The notes under the pieces: model-generated
What the model was told of the DNA's origin: nothing
Seen by the model: only the letters and a program-made list of their open reading frames with translations
Database searches by the model: none
Translations under genes and position numbers: made by a program
Part shown: positions 16,299 through 24,812 of the stretch, in pieces
Position numbering within the stretch: the stretch's first letter is position 1
Layout: each line of letters begins with the position of its first letter
IMG/VR virus record: IMGVR_UViG_3300020045_002073
Coordinates: 1 to 30,136 of that record
Direction: 5' to 3' (one strand)
Origin: a virus
Lineage: Duplodnaviria > Caudoviricetes
DNA: 30,136 nucleotides

Positions 16299-16837
16299 AT
16301 CAGTTAAAAATAAATACGCCTTTAGAAATTAACGAAATAGACTTTAGAGTACAATCGGTCAATAAAGGAGGTTACGCTACAATATTAGCGTATAAAGACG
16401 CAAGAGTCGATATGAAACGCCTTGACGATATTTATAGCGTTGATGGTTGGCAAAAGAAATACGAACTAATAGATAATCATTTGTTTTGTTCGGTAGGCAT
16501 TTGGAGCGATAAACTTAGTCAATGGATTTGGAAGCAAGATGTAGGAACTGAAAGCAATACTGAAAAGGAAAAAGGCGAAGCATCAGACGCGTTTAAAAGA
16601 GCTTGTTTTAATCTTGGTATAGGCAGAGAATTGTACGATTATCCACTTATTCAAGTTCAATTGACATCGGACGAATTTGATAAAACTACAAATAAACCGA
16701 CTTGGAATTTTAAGCTAAAAGAGTGGATATGGTTTTCGCAATTCACAGATGGAAAATTAACCTATTTAGGTTGTAAAGATAATAACGGTAAAGTCCGTTT
16801 TCAGTTTGGAAAATTTAATAGTGAACTTAAAAAGTAA
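16295..16837 (+). CDS. sak: Rad52-like single-strand annealing recombinase (Sak)
   Basis: YKDAR..M..LD, WIWKQDVG.ES and EKGEASDAFKRACFNLGIGRELY motifs. Confidence 0.85.
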   Translation: MNQLKINTPLEINEIDFRVQSVNKGGYATILAYKDARVDMKRLDDIYSVDGWQKKYELIDNHLFCSVGIWSDKLSQWIWKQDVGTESNTEKEKGEASDAFKRACFNLGIGRELYDYPLIQVQLTSDEFDKTTNKPTWNFKLKEWIWFSQFTDGKLTYLGCKDNNGKVRFQFGKFNSELKK

Positions 16838-16843
16838 ATAATT

Positions 16844-17080
16844 ATGCAAAGTAACAGAGAAGTATTTTTAAGAATGAGCGAAGAACATTATATGTCAATT
16901 CCAGAAGATATAAGAAGTTCTTATTTATCATCTAAAAGAGTAGATGAAGAAAAAAGTGATTGGGCAGAAAATATGAAAGACCCAATTTATGCAATTTATT
17001 ACGATGATTATAAAAAATCAAAAAAGTTTATAGCAGAAAGAGAATATCAATTAAGAGAAGAAAGAAGAAATAATAAATAA
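16844..17080 (+). CDS. Hypothetical protein
   Basis: 78 aa, charged and helical, between sak and the SSB gene. Confidence 0.7.
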   Translation: MQSNREVFLRMSEEHYMSIPEDIRSSYLSSKRVDEEKSDWAENMKDPIYAIYYDDYKKSKKFIAEREYQLREERRNNK

Positions 17081-17098
17081 CAATTAAAAACAGAAATT

Positions 17099-17470
17099 AT
17101 GTCATTAGAAATTACAGGGATTATTGAAAAGGTATTACCGTTAGAGTCAGGAGTTACAAAAGCAGGAACTGATTGGCAAAAGCAAAACTTTATCGTTACT
17201 AATAACGATGGTTACGACGGTAAAAAACAAATATTTTGCTTTGAGATATTTGGAGAGGAAAAAGTGCAAAACTTTAATAAGTTTAATAAAGTTGGAGATA
17301 TCGTAAAAGTTGATTTTAATATATCAACAAACGAATGGAAAGATAAATACTTTACATCATTACAAGCGTGGAAAGTGTTTAAGACAGACGGAACAACTCC
17401 AGTTAAAAAATATATTCAAGAGCCTGATTTAAGAGCTACGCAAGAAGTTGACGATAACTTACCATTCTAA
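17099..17470 (+). CDS. DUF3127-family single-stranded DNA-binding protein
   Basis: LEITG.I..VLP..SG.....WQKQ.F, YFTSLQAWK and an acidic DDNLPF tail. Confidence 0.85.
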   Translation: MSLEITGIIEKVLPLESGVTKAGTDWQKQNFIVTNNDGYDGKKQIFCFEIFGEEKVQNFNKFNKVGDIVKVDFNISTNEWKDKYFTSLQAWKVFKTDGTTPVKKYIQEPDLRATQEVDDNLPF

Positions 17471-17488
17471 TTTATTCACCCACTTATT

Positions 17489-17513
17489 AACCCACTTTAA
17501 ACGGTGGGTTTTT
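17489..17513 (+). terminator. Rho-independent terminator
   Basis: aacccact-ttaaac-ggtgggtt followed by ttt. Confidence 0.75.
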
Positions 17514-17574
17514 ATTTAGAATTAATATAAATTATATCATTATGTTATAGCGATTGATATAAAGACTATCTTTG
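17514..17574 (+). promoter_or_regulatory. Early promoter cassette 2
   Basis: ATTTAGAATTAATATAAAT (17514-17532), ATCATTATGTTATA (17536-17549), TATCTTTG (17567-17574). Confidence 0.75.
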
Positions 17575-17580
17575 ATAAAA

Positions 17581-17601
17581 TTAAATAAATAGAAATTATG
17601 A
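17581..17601 (+). repeat. 21-bp direct repeat TTAAATAAATAGAAATTATGA, with an exact copy at 18219-18239 and related copies at 18581, 26381 and 26635
   Basis: Read directly. Each copy includes a gene start codon. Confidence 0.85.
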
Positions 17602-18230
17602 AAATATTAGTAGCTTGTGAAGAAAGCCAGGCAGTAACCAAAGAATTAAGATTATTAGGACACGAAGCGTTTTCTTGTGATTTATTACAGTGTTCAGGCG
17701 GTCATCCCGAATGGCATTTACATAAAAGCGTTTTTGATGTTATGCACGATGGATGGGATATGATGATAGCATTCCCGCCTTGTACAGATTTAGCCGTAAG
17801 TGGTGCAAGGCATTTTGAAAGAAAAATTGCTGATGGTAGCCAACAAAAAAGTATTCAGTTTTTTATGGATTTGATTAATGCACCAATACCAAAAATAGCA
17901 GTTGAAAACCCTATCGGAATTATGAGTGGTAAATATAGAAAACCTGACCAAATTATACAGCCTTGGCAGTTTGGAGATAAAGCACAAAAAAGTACTTGTT
18001 TATGGTTGAAAAACTTGCCAAAATTAGAACCTACTGATATTGTAGAAAAAGGAGAGTTTTTTGAATTTACAAGTAAAAAAGGCGAAAATAAAAGAATGCC
18101 AATGTGGTATTACCAGGCTTTGAAAGATGCAAAAACACCTGAACAAAGAAGAACATTAAGAAGTAAAACTTTTCAAGGGATTGCTATCGCTATGGCTACA
18201 CAATGGACAAAAGAACTTTTAAATAAATAG
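17598..18230 (+). CDS. Short phage DNA cytosine-C5 methyltransferase-like protein
   Basis: ILVACEES, AFSCD, AFPPC (catalytic PC), VENP and RSKTF.GIA.AMA.QW motifs. Confidence 0.75.
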   Translation: MKILVACEESQAVTKELRLLGHEAFSCDLLQCSGGHPEWHLHKSVFDVMHDGWDMMIAFPPCTDLAVSGARHFERKIADGSQQKSIQFFMDLINAPIPKIAVENPIGIMSGKYRKPDQIIQPWQFGDKAQKSTCLWLKNLPKLEPTDIVEKGEFFEFTSKKGENKRMPMWYYQALKDAKTPEQRRTLRSKTFQGIAIAMATQWTKELLNK

Positions 18231-18235
18231 AAATT

Positions 18236-18415
18236 ATGACAACATTTTACAAAGGATGGATAATCCAAAAAAATGAATACAATTATGAAAATAATTGTTA
18301 TTTAAATTACGAGTACTACAACGAAAATGATTGTGATTGTCCTATACGACACGATATTTCAATCGATGATGCAAAAATGAATATAGATTATTTAATTGAT
18401 GAATTTTATTACTAA
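18236..18415 (+). CDS. Small hypothetical protein (59 aa); not in the ORF track
   Basis: MTTFYKGWIIQKNEYNYENNCYLNYEYYNENDCDCPIRHDISIDDAKMNIDYLIDEFYY*, starting inside the repeat motif. Confidence 0.65.
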   Translation: MTTFYKGWIIQKNEYNYENNCYLNYEYYNENDCDCPIRHDISIDDAKMNIDYLIDEFYY

Positions 18416-18419
18416 GAAT

Positions 18420-18581
18420 ATGGCAAAAATTAAACATTACCCAGAGGTTTATTTCATTCGTAAAGGAAACGAAGATTTAACATTTAAACATTTTAAAACT
18501 CATGATTTAGCTGATAAATACGCTAAGAAAATGGGGTTTGAAAATTACGAGATAAAGATAATGTATTTAATGACACGATAA
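18420..18581 (+). CDS. Hypothetical protein
   Basis: ATG at 18420 (MAKIKHYP) preferred. Confidence 0.6.
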   Translation: MAKIKHYPEVYFIRKGNEDLTFKHFKTHDLADKYAKKMGFENYEIKIMYLMTR

Positions 18582-18595
18582 AATAAATAGAAATT

Positions 18596-18853
18596 ATGAC
18601 ACCAAAAGAAAAAGCAAAGCAATTAGTAGAAAAGTACATAGACTTACAAGATGAAAATTTAAAAGAATGTGATTATAGATTTTCTAAACAATGCGCCTTA
18701 ATAGCTATTGAAAATGAATATTATTCACTAAAAGAACAGTTATTTAATTTACGTTCATGCGGAATAATTGAAAGTGAAAACGTTTATTTATTTAGATTAC
18801 AGGAACTAATAAATAAAGAAAATGAAGTTAAAAAAGAAATAGAAAAATTATAA
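18596..18853 (+). CDS. Hypothetical protein (MTPKEKAK-type)
   Basis: MTPKEKAKQL...KQCALIA...EVKKEIEKL pattern, common in Bacteroidota phages. Confidence 0.75.
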   Translation: MTPKEKAKQLVEKYIDLQDENLKECDYRFSKQCALIAIENEYYSLKEQLFNLRSCGIIESENVYLFRLQELINKENEVKKEIEKL

Positions 18854-18856
18854 AAA

Positions 18857-19063
18857 ATGAATCAAAATCAAAAAATACTTAAAGAACTGATTAAAATATC
18901 AGGACTTACACAAAAAAAATATGCCGAATTTCATAATATATCAGCTCAGAAATTATCTAATTGGGTTACAGGCTATCGAAATATACAGTTCTGCACATTA
19001 GAATTATTAGCCTTTGAAGATGGATACAATATTAAAGTTAATTATAAAATAGAGAAATTATGA
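18857..19063 (+). CDS. XRE/Cro-like helix-turn-helix protein
   Basis: SGLTQKKYAEFHNISAQKLSNWVTGYR. Confidence 0.8.
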   Translation: MNQNQKILKELIKISGLTQKKYAEFHNISAQKLSNWVTGYRNIQFCTLELLAFEDGYNIKVNYKIEKL

Positions 19064-19266
19064 AATTAAGAGAAAGATTTTTAAAATTATACCCACATCA
19101 AACTGAAAATTATTTGGATGTTGACGAGGCTATATTATGCGAAAAAATAGCCGATGATTTTGCTATTGGGTTTGCGGAGTGGTTTGATGATTTAAGCGAA
19201 GATTATTGTAAAGACTATACAGTAAAAGAACTTTTAGAAATCTACAAACAAGAAAAAGGATTATGA
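19060..19266 (+). CDS. Hypothetical protein
   Basis: 68 aa, IADDFAIGFAEW, with ATGA overlaps at both ends. Confidence 0.7.
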   Translation: MKLRERFLKLYPHQTENYLDVDEAILCEKIADDFAIGFAEWFDDLSEDYCKDYTVKELLEIYKQEKGL

Positions 19267-19457
19267 AACAATGCTCAATAGTTGAATCCGTAAGAAAGCA
19301 GTTATTAGACCGTTCTAACATAGGATTAGAAAAATACGGTGTTACATTAGATAGAGATGATTTAAGTCTATTAGATTGGTTAGAACACACTAAACAAGAA
19401 CAAATGGACAGCGTTTTGTACTTAGAAAAGATTATACAAGAACTTAGAAAAAAATAA
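19263..19457 (+). CDS. Small helical protein, possibly MazG-like nucleotide pyrophosphohydrolase fold
   Basis: RS..G..KYG.TLDR.DL...WL.H...E.MD..LY pattern. Confidence 0.5.
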   Translation: MKQCSIVESVRKQLLDRSNIGLEKYGVTLDRDDLSLLDWLEHTKQEQMDSVLYLEKIIQELRKK

Positions 19458-19460
19458 ATT

Positions 19461-19682
19461 ATGAAAAATAAAGAAACATTAGAAGAAGCATCTGTAAATT
19501 TTGCACACAATTATTTTGAAATGCATGAAAGTAATAATTATCAAGCGTTGAAATTAGGTTTTAAAGCAGGTGCTAAATGGCAATCTGAACAAAACACTTG
19601 GTACAACGAGGAACAAACTAACAAAAGAATGAATGTTATCGGACAAAACGGAAACGATGGAACTCACTATGAAACTAAATAA
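19461..19682 (+). CDS. Hypothetical protein
   Basis: ETLEEAS...GFKAGAKWQ pattern. Confidence 0.7.
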   Translation: MKNKETLEEASVNFAHNYFEMHESNNYQALKLGFKAGAKWQSEQNTWYNEEQTNKRMNVIGQNGNDGTHYETK

Positions 19683-19685
19683 ATT

Positions 19686-20912
19686 ATGAAAAAAATAAGG
19701 ATAAGACTAAAACAATATGAAGCATTAGCATTAGGTTTAGAAGTTTCTAACGGTGACATTTACGGTAATCAAAAATATTATTTAAATGTAGAGCAAGCAT
19801 ATCGATTAGATGAAATAAGGAATTTTCATAATTCTGGTTTTACAGAAGTGAAAAGAACTTTAAATAAAGATGGAGAAGTCATATCAAAAATTGAAAAACT
19901 TGTACCTGATAACTTAATTTCAATTCCTGAAAATCACGAAATAAAACGGGTAAGTACTAACGTTTCTACAAAACAGCAATGGGTAATTACAGAGCCTATT
20001 AAAAAAGTTTTAGAAATTGAAAAAGAAATTGATTTCTTAAGTATTTTTAAGGATAAGATTGAACCAGTAAAAATTTATTTTTCCAATGATTTATTACCTG
20101 GTGCCTGTTTAGGTTGTTTATTTGACCGTGCAATTTACACAGATGTTCATGTAGGAATGAATGTAAATAAAGATGGATTTTCTTTATATGATGGATTATG
20201 GAACGAAATAGAATTATTTAAAAGATTAGAAATATTTGTAAATTATATTGTTAAAAACCAAAAATCAGATACTTTATTTTTAAATGACTTGGGTGATTTT
20301 ATGGATGGATGGGATGGTTTTACAACTCGTGGAGGTCATGCTTTGCCTCAAAACATGGACAATCAAAAAGCATTTGATGTTGGGTTACGTTTTAAAATTC
20401 AAATGATTGACGCTTTATTTAAGAGTTATTCTAAAATAAAAATAGTAAATATTTGTAACGATAATCACGCTGGAAGTTTCGGATATATTGTAAACAGCGC
20501 ATTTAAAACTTACATAGAATTAAAGTATCCTGATAATATTGAAGTGATAAATCAAAGGAAATTTATTGACCATTATATTATTGAAAATAGATGCTTTATT
20601 CTTACTCATGGAAAAGACGACAAGAGTTTAAAGTTCGGATTTAAGCCTAAATTAGACCCTATTCAAATAGAAAAAATTAAGAATTATATCGACGAATACA
20701 AACTGCATAATTACGATATTGAATTTGGGAAAGGCGATAGTCACCAATTGCTTTTTGACTCAACTTCGTCAACCGCTTTTGAATATCAAAACTTCGGAGC
20801 TTTAAGTCCTCCGAGCGATTGGGTAAAGACTAATTTTAAAAATACAAAGAGTTCGTTTACTATAATGAATTATTTTGATAAACAAAAAACTATTAATAAC
20901 TATATATTTTAA
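19686..20912 (+). CDS. Calcineurin-like metallophosphoesterase
   Basis: DVH, GDFMDG, DNH, THG and GDSH metal-binding motifs in the canonical order. Confidence 0.8.
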   Translation: MKKIRIRLKQYEALALGLEVSNGDIYGNQKYYLNVEQAYRLDEIRNFHNSGFTEVKRTLNKDGEVISKIEKLVPDNLISIPENHEIKRVSTNVSTKQQWVITEPIKKVLEIEKEIDFLSIFKDKIEPVKIYFSNDLLPGACLGCLFDRAIYTDVHVGMNVNKDGFSLYDGLWNEIELFKRLEIFVNYIVKNQKSDTLFLNDLGDFMDGWDGFTTRGGHALPQNMDNQKAFDVGLRFKIQMIDALFKSYSKIKIVNICNDNHAGSFGYIVNSAFKTYIELKYPDNIEVINQRKFIDHYIIENRCFILTHGKDDKSLKFGFKPKLDPIQIEKIKNYIDEYKLHNYDIEFGKGDSHQLLFDSTSSTAFEYQNFGALSPPSDWVKTNFKNTKSSFTIMNYFDKQKTINNYIF

Positions 20913-20915
20913 ATC

Positions 20916-20993
20916 ATGGAAAACACAATTTATGCATTTGGATTAGGTTTTATTGCGCTTATTTTATCGTTTTGTTTTTTTTACTATTTATGA
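20916..20993 (+). CDS. Tiny single-TM peptide (25 aa)
   Basis: MENTIYAFGLGFIALILSFCFFYYL*. Confidence 0.35.
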   Translation: MENTIYAFGLGFIALILSFCFFYYL

Positions 20994-21048
20994 ATTTTTC
21001 AAAAGAAAGAAATAATAACCGTAACAAACAATAAACAAAAACGTTACA

Positions 21049-21128
21049 AAATGTCAAGTTTTTAGCAATATAAACTTGACATTTAAAAATAATGTTCACA
21101 AAAAGTCAATGTTCACGAAAACGTGAAC
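21049..21128 (+). ncRNA. Double-hairpin intergenic element (sRNA/leader candidate)
   Basis: Perfect 13-bp inverted repeat AAATGTCAAGTTT/AAACTTGACATTT and GTTCACG-AAAA-CGTGAAC. Confidence 0.4.
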
Positions 21129-21144
21129 GCATAAAATAATAATT

Positions 21145-21351
21145 ATGTCGGACATAACAAAATGCAAAGGTGGTAACTGTAATATGAAAGAATCATGTTA
21201 CAGATTTACTGCAAAAGATAGCAAATATAGACAATCGTATTTTTCCGAATTACCTATTAATAAAGATGGTTCATGCGATATGTATTATGGCGAAAATCAA
21301 GAAAATATTTTAAATCAATTAAAAAACATAGTAAATGAAAAAACAAAGTAA
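21145..21351 (+). CDS. Cys-rich small hypothetical protein
   Basis: DITKC.G..C..KESCYRF...C pattern, possibly Zn-binding. Confidence 0.75.
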   Translation: MSDITKCKGGNCNMKESCYRFTAKDSKYRQSYFSELPINKDGSCDMYYGENQENILNQLKNIVNEKTK

Positions 21352-21457
21352 TCTAACCAGAATAAAACGTATTTTAGAATTTTACCGAAAACGTGGTTGT
21401 AATTCTGAACGAGCAAATGAAGTTTATCGAAAAATTATAAAAGAAAGATTATGTTAA
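21335..21457 (+). CDS. Small basic hypothetical protein (40 aa)
   Basis: MKKQSNLTRIKRILEFYRKRGCNSERANEVYRKIIKERLC* bridges both neighbours. Confidence 0.55.
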   Translation: MKKQSNLTRIKRILEFYRKRGCNSERANEVYRKIIKERLC

Positions 21458-22071
21458 ATATTACAAATGAAGATAATATGCTATTAATGGCACGTTATCC
21501 TGATAATTATTTTGATTTAGCAATAGTTGACCCACCTTATGGGATTAATGCTTCTGAAATGACAATGGGTACAGGTAAAAATAAAAAATATTCAAAAGGT
21601 AAAAAATGGGATTCTGAAACGCCATCTAATGAATATTTTAATGAACTATTTCGAGTTTCAAAAAATCAAATTATTTGGGGTGGGAATTATTTTAATCTAC
21701 CATTAATAAAAGGATGGATTATTTGGGATAAACTTTTAAATAAAGAAGTTAGTTTTGCTGATGGGGAAATGGCTTGGAATAGTTTTGATAAAGTTTTAAA
21801 AATAATAAAGCATCAATATAGTGGTTTTATAGGCGCTGATAGTGAAAGAATACACCCAACACAAAAGCCAATAAAATTATATCATAAACTATTAGATTTA
21901 TACGCCAAACAAGGCGATAAAATACTCGATACACATTTAGGCTCAGGTTCAATAGCAATAGCTTGTCACGATTACGGATTTGATTTAACAGCGTGTGAAC
22001 TCGATAAAGAGTACTTCGATAAAACAATGGAGCGTATTAATAATCATGTTGCTCAACAAAAATTATTTTAA
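21451..22071 (+). CDS. DNA N6-adenine/N4-cytosine methyltransferase (beta class)
   Basis: DPPY, HPTQKP and ILDTHLGSGS motifs in beta order. Confidence 0.92.
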   Translation: MLNITNEDNMLLMARYPDNYFDLAIVDPPYGINASEMTMGTGKNKKYSKGKKWDSETPSNEYFNELFRVSKNQIIWGGNYFNLPLIKGWIIWDKLLNKEVSFADGEMAWNSFDKVLKIIKHQYSGFIGADSERIHPTQKPIKLYHKLLDLYAKQGDKILDTHLGSGSIAIACHDYGFDLTACELDKEYFDKTMERINNHVAQQKLF

Positions 22072-22214
22072 TGGCAAAACAACAAAAACCGAAACCGCCA
22101 ACAATTGACGAAATCGAAAAAGAAATTAAATTTTTATTAGTTTCTAAAACTGATAATGTAAGACTAAAAGAATTACAAAAAAAAATCGATTATTTTAATT
22201 GGGGTATTAAATAA
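22071..22214 (+). CDS. Small hypothetical protein (47 aa)
   Basis: MAKQQKPKPPTIDEIEKEIKFLLVSKTDNVRLKELQKKIDYFNWGIK*, with TAATG coupling. Confidence 0.55.
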   Translation: MAKQQKPKPPTIDEIEKEIKFLLVSKTDNVRLKELQKKIDYFNWGIK

Positions 22215-22219
22215 AATGT

Positions 22220-22322
22220 TATATTTGTGACTGTAAACCATCACTTACATTAAGACATTTTAGACAAATAGTCTAATCAAGAACCCCTTAAACTTTGTGA
22301 TGGAAGTTTGAGGGGTTTCTTA
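22220..22322 (+). promoter_or_regulatory. Promoter (TATATTTG) and structured 5' leader of the primase-helicase gene
   Basis: -7 element at 22220-22227 and hairpins at 22260-22276 and 22282-22317. The loop GTGATGG is complementary to CCATCAC at 22238-22244. Confidence 0.7.
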
Positions 22323-22335
22323 TTTATAAAAAATT

Positions 22336-24576
22336 ATGGAAAAGCATTATTTAAAAAAATTATCAGAAACTGGTTATTCAGTTATTCCATGTGGCGAAAA
22401 TAAAGCGCCATTAGGAGCGTGGAAAAAACATCAAGAAATAGCAAGAACAACGGACGAAATAGAATTATTAAATAGTCCTAAGTTTGGTTTAGTTACTGGA
22501 TATAATAACCTTGAGGTTATAGATATTGACTGCAAAACTTTATCAACTCTTAAAGAGCAAAAAGATTTTTGGGATGAGTATTTAGGTTTTTTAACGGATA
22601 ATATTGATGATTTCGAAAAGAAATTTGTTATTAAAAAAACTTTAAATAAAGGATATCATATTCTTTACCGATGCAAAACTTTAAAAGGAAATACTAAGAT
22701 AGCCAAATTAAAAGGAAGTCAAGAAGCACTTATTGAAAGTCGTGGTATTGGTGGTATGGTTATAGCTTACGATGATACATTAAGTAAAATTAACTATCAC
22801 GAAATTAAAGAAATAAGCGAGGAAGATAGGGAAATTTTATGGAGTTGCTCGAGAACTTACAACTATGTAGATGAAATTGCAATTGAGCCTATAAAGAAAA
22901 AAACAGAATATCAGGAAAATGAAATAGCCTGTTGGGAGGATTTTAATAACAAAACAGATATTTTTGATGTGATAGGAAATGATTTTCAAATAGTTGCTAA
23001 TCATACAAAAAAATATGTAATTAAAAGACATGGTTCAGCAAGTCCTCATTCAGGATATGTTTATAAAGAAGAAAATAAAATGTTTCTTTTTTCTACTGGG
23101 ACTATTTATCCGCATGAAAAACAAATTACTCCTTTTATTGCTTATGCTTGGAAAAATCATAATGGTAATTTTTCAGATACTGCAAAAGACTTATATCAAA
23201 AAGGCTTTGGTTCACGTTTGAAATCAAAAATACAAGAATTAAAACAGTCTATTTCTACACAAGAAGAAACTAAAATTGATATTAAAGATTTAGTTTTTCC
23301 AATTGATATATTCCCAAAAGACATTCAAAATTATTTAATCGAATGTAATACGAAATTAGATAGTAGTGTTGAGTATATGGGGTGTTCTTTGCTATGGTTA
23401 ATTTCTGTATGTATCGGAAATTCAATAAATGTTGAGGTTAAAAAAGGATGGATTGAAAACCTTACCGTTTGGATATCAATAGTCGGAAAAGCTGGTTTAG
23501 GTAAAACTCCGAGTATTTCAAATGTAGTTTTTCCATTAACAAAAATTAATGCTAAGGAAATTAAAAAATACATTAAAGAGAGTGAAAAATATGAATACTA
23601 TATAAACTTACCTAAAAAAGAAAAAGACGAACATAGCGAAGTATTTAAACCAATTAAAACGCAATTCATAGCTAATGATATTACGCTTGAAGCCTTAGTT
23701 GATTTACATCAGGAAAGTGATAATTCAGTTGGAGTTTTTAAGGACGAATTAGCAGGATGGCTTAAGGACATGAATAAATATAGGGAAGGTTCCGACCTTG
23801 AATTTTGGTTAAGTACTTGGAGTGGTAAATCTGTAAATCTTAACCGTTTGACTCGTAAAGGTTCATTTGTTGAAAAACCATTTATTCCAGTTCTTGGAGG
23901 TATCCAACCAAGTATTTTTAACACATTTTATACAGACGAAAACAAAGACAACGGATTTATGGATAGGATGCTTTTATGTTATCCTGATTTAAAAATTGAT
24001 AAATACAACGACAATGAAATTAGCGATAGTATTTTAAATTGGTATAAAGAGATAGTTATTTCATTTTACGATACAATTAAAGGCGTTATTAAAAGAGATG
24101 AGGAGGGAGAAATAATAGCCTTAACTGCTAAATTTTCGGATGAAGCTAAAATTGAATGGAAACGAATGTTCAACGAAATGACCGATATACAAAATAATGA
24201 AGAAGAAAATGAATACCTAAAGTCAATGTTCCCTAAACAAAAGAGTTATATCCCACGATTTGCGTGCTTAATTCATACGTTTGATGAGTTCTTTGGTGAT
24301 GGTGGTAATACATTATTAATTTCAAAAGAAAGTATTTTAAAAGCGGAAAAACTAAGTAAGTATTTTATAGCAACTGCAAAGAAAATTAAGGTTAATTCCC
24401 TTGAGGTTTCGAAATTAAAAACTACAATCACAGCCAATAAAGGTAAAAACGAAAAAGAAAAGCTATTTGAAATATGGAAATTAACTAAAAATTTTAATAA
24501 AACAGAAACGGCAGAACTTTTAGGGGTTTCCAGAGTAACAATTGGTAAATGGGTAAAAGAGTTTGAAAAAGTGTAA
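22336..24576 (+). CDS. Primase-polymerase/DUF3987-like P-loop helicase with a C-terminal HTH (replication initiator)
   Basis: N-terminal Prim-Pol motifs (VIDID, GYHILY), Walker A GKAGLGKT, Walker B FKDE and GFMDR. C-terminal NKTETAELLGVSRVTIGKW. Confidence 0.85.
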   Translation: MEKHYLKKLSETGYSVIPCGENKAPLGAWKKHQEIARTTDEIELLNSPKFGLVTGYNNLEVIDIDCKTLSTLKEQKDFWDEYLGFLTDNIDDFEKKFVIKKTLNKGYHILYRCKTLKGNTKIAKLKGSQEALIESRGIGGMVIAYDDTLSKINYHEIKEISEEDREILWSCSRTYNYVDEIAIEPIKKKTEYQENEIACWEDFNNKTDIFDVIGNDFQIVANHTKKYVIKRHGSASPHSGYVYKEENKMFLFSTGTIYPHEKQITPFIAYAWKNHNGNFSDTAKDLYQKGFGSRLKSKIQELKQSISTQEETKIDIKDLVFPIDIFPKDIQNYLIECNTKLDSSVEYMGCSLLWLISVCIGNSINVEVKKGWIENLTVWISIVGKAGLGKTPSISNVVFPLTKINAKEIKKYIKESEKYEYYINLPKKEKDEHSEVFKPIKTQFIANDITLEALVDLHQESDNSVGVFKDELAGWLKDMNKYREGSDLEFWLSTWSGKSVNLNRLTRKGSFVEKPFIPVLGGIQPSIFNTFYTDENKDNGFMDRMLLCYPDLKIDKYNDNEISDSILNWYKEIVISFYDTIKGVIKRDEEGEIIALTAKFSDEAKIEWKRMFNEMTDIQNNEEENEYLKSMFPKQKSYIPRFACLIHTFDEFFGDGGNTLLISKESILKAEKLSKYFIATAKKIKVNSLEVSKLKTTITANKGKNEKEKLFEIWKLTKNFNKTETAELLGVSRVTIGKWVKEFEKV

Positions 24577-24793
24577 AGTTTACAGTGGCTTAGTTTACAG
24601 TAAAAAGTCAATGTTTATAAGGCTTACCAAAGAAAGTGTAAACACTTTACAGTTTACACTTAGTAGAACAAGAAAAAAAAATATAAAAAAAATATCAGTG
24701 TATAAAAAAAGTGGTTTACGGTTTACACTTTCCTTGTTAAGCCTTACCACCATTGAAAAAACACTGTAAAGTAGGTTTACACTTAGTTTACGC
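24571..24793. other. Putative replication origin: GTTTAC iterons and a 50-bp imperfect inverted repeat around an A-tract
   Basis: Arms 24594-24643 and 24721-24770 align without gaps at 39/50 positions. GTTTACACTTAGT occurs at 24652 and 24775. Confidence 0.7.
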
Positions 24794-24812
24794 TTTAAAA
24801 AATATAAAAATT

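Noticed and set aside
24563-24769. 68-aa ORF across the iteron region
   Set aside because: Its low-complexity translation is explained by the repeats and A-tracts; the region is better read as an origin.
24571-24793. Possible mini-CRISPR array
   Set aside because: The repeats are only 6-13 bp, in both orientations and irregularly spaced, and no cas genes are present.
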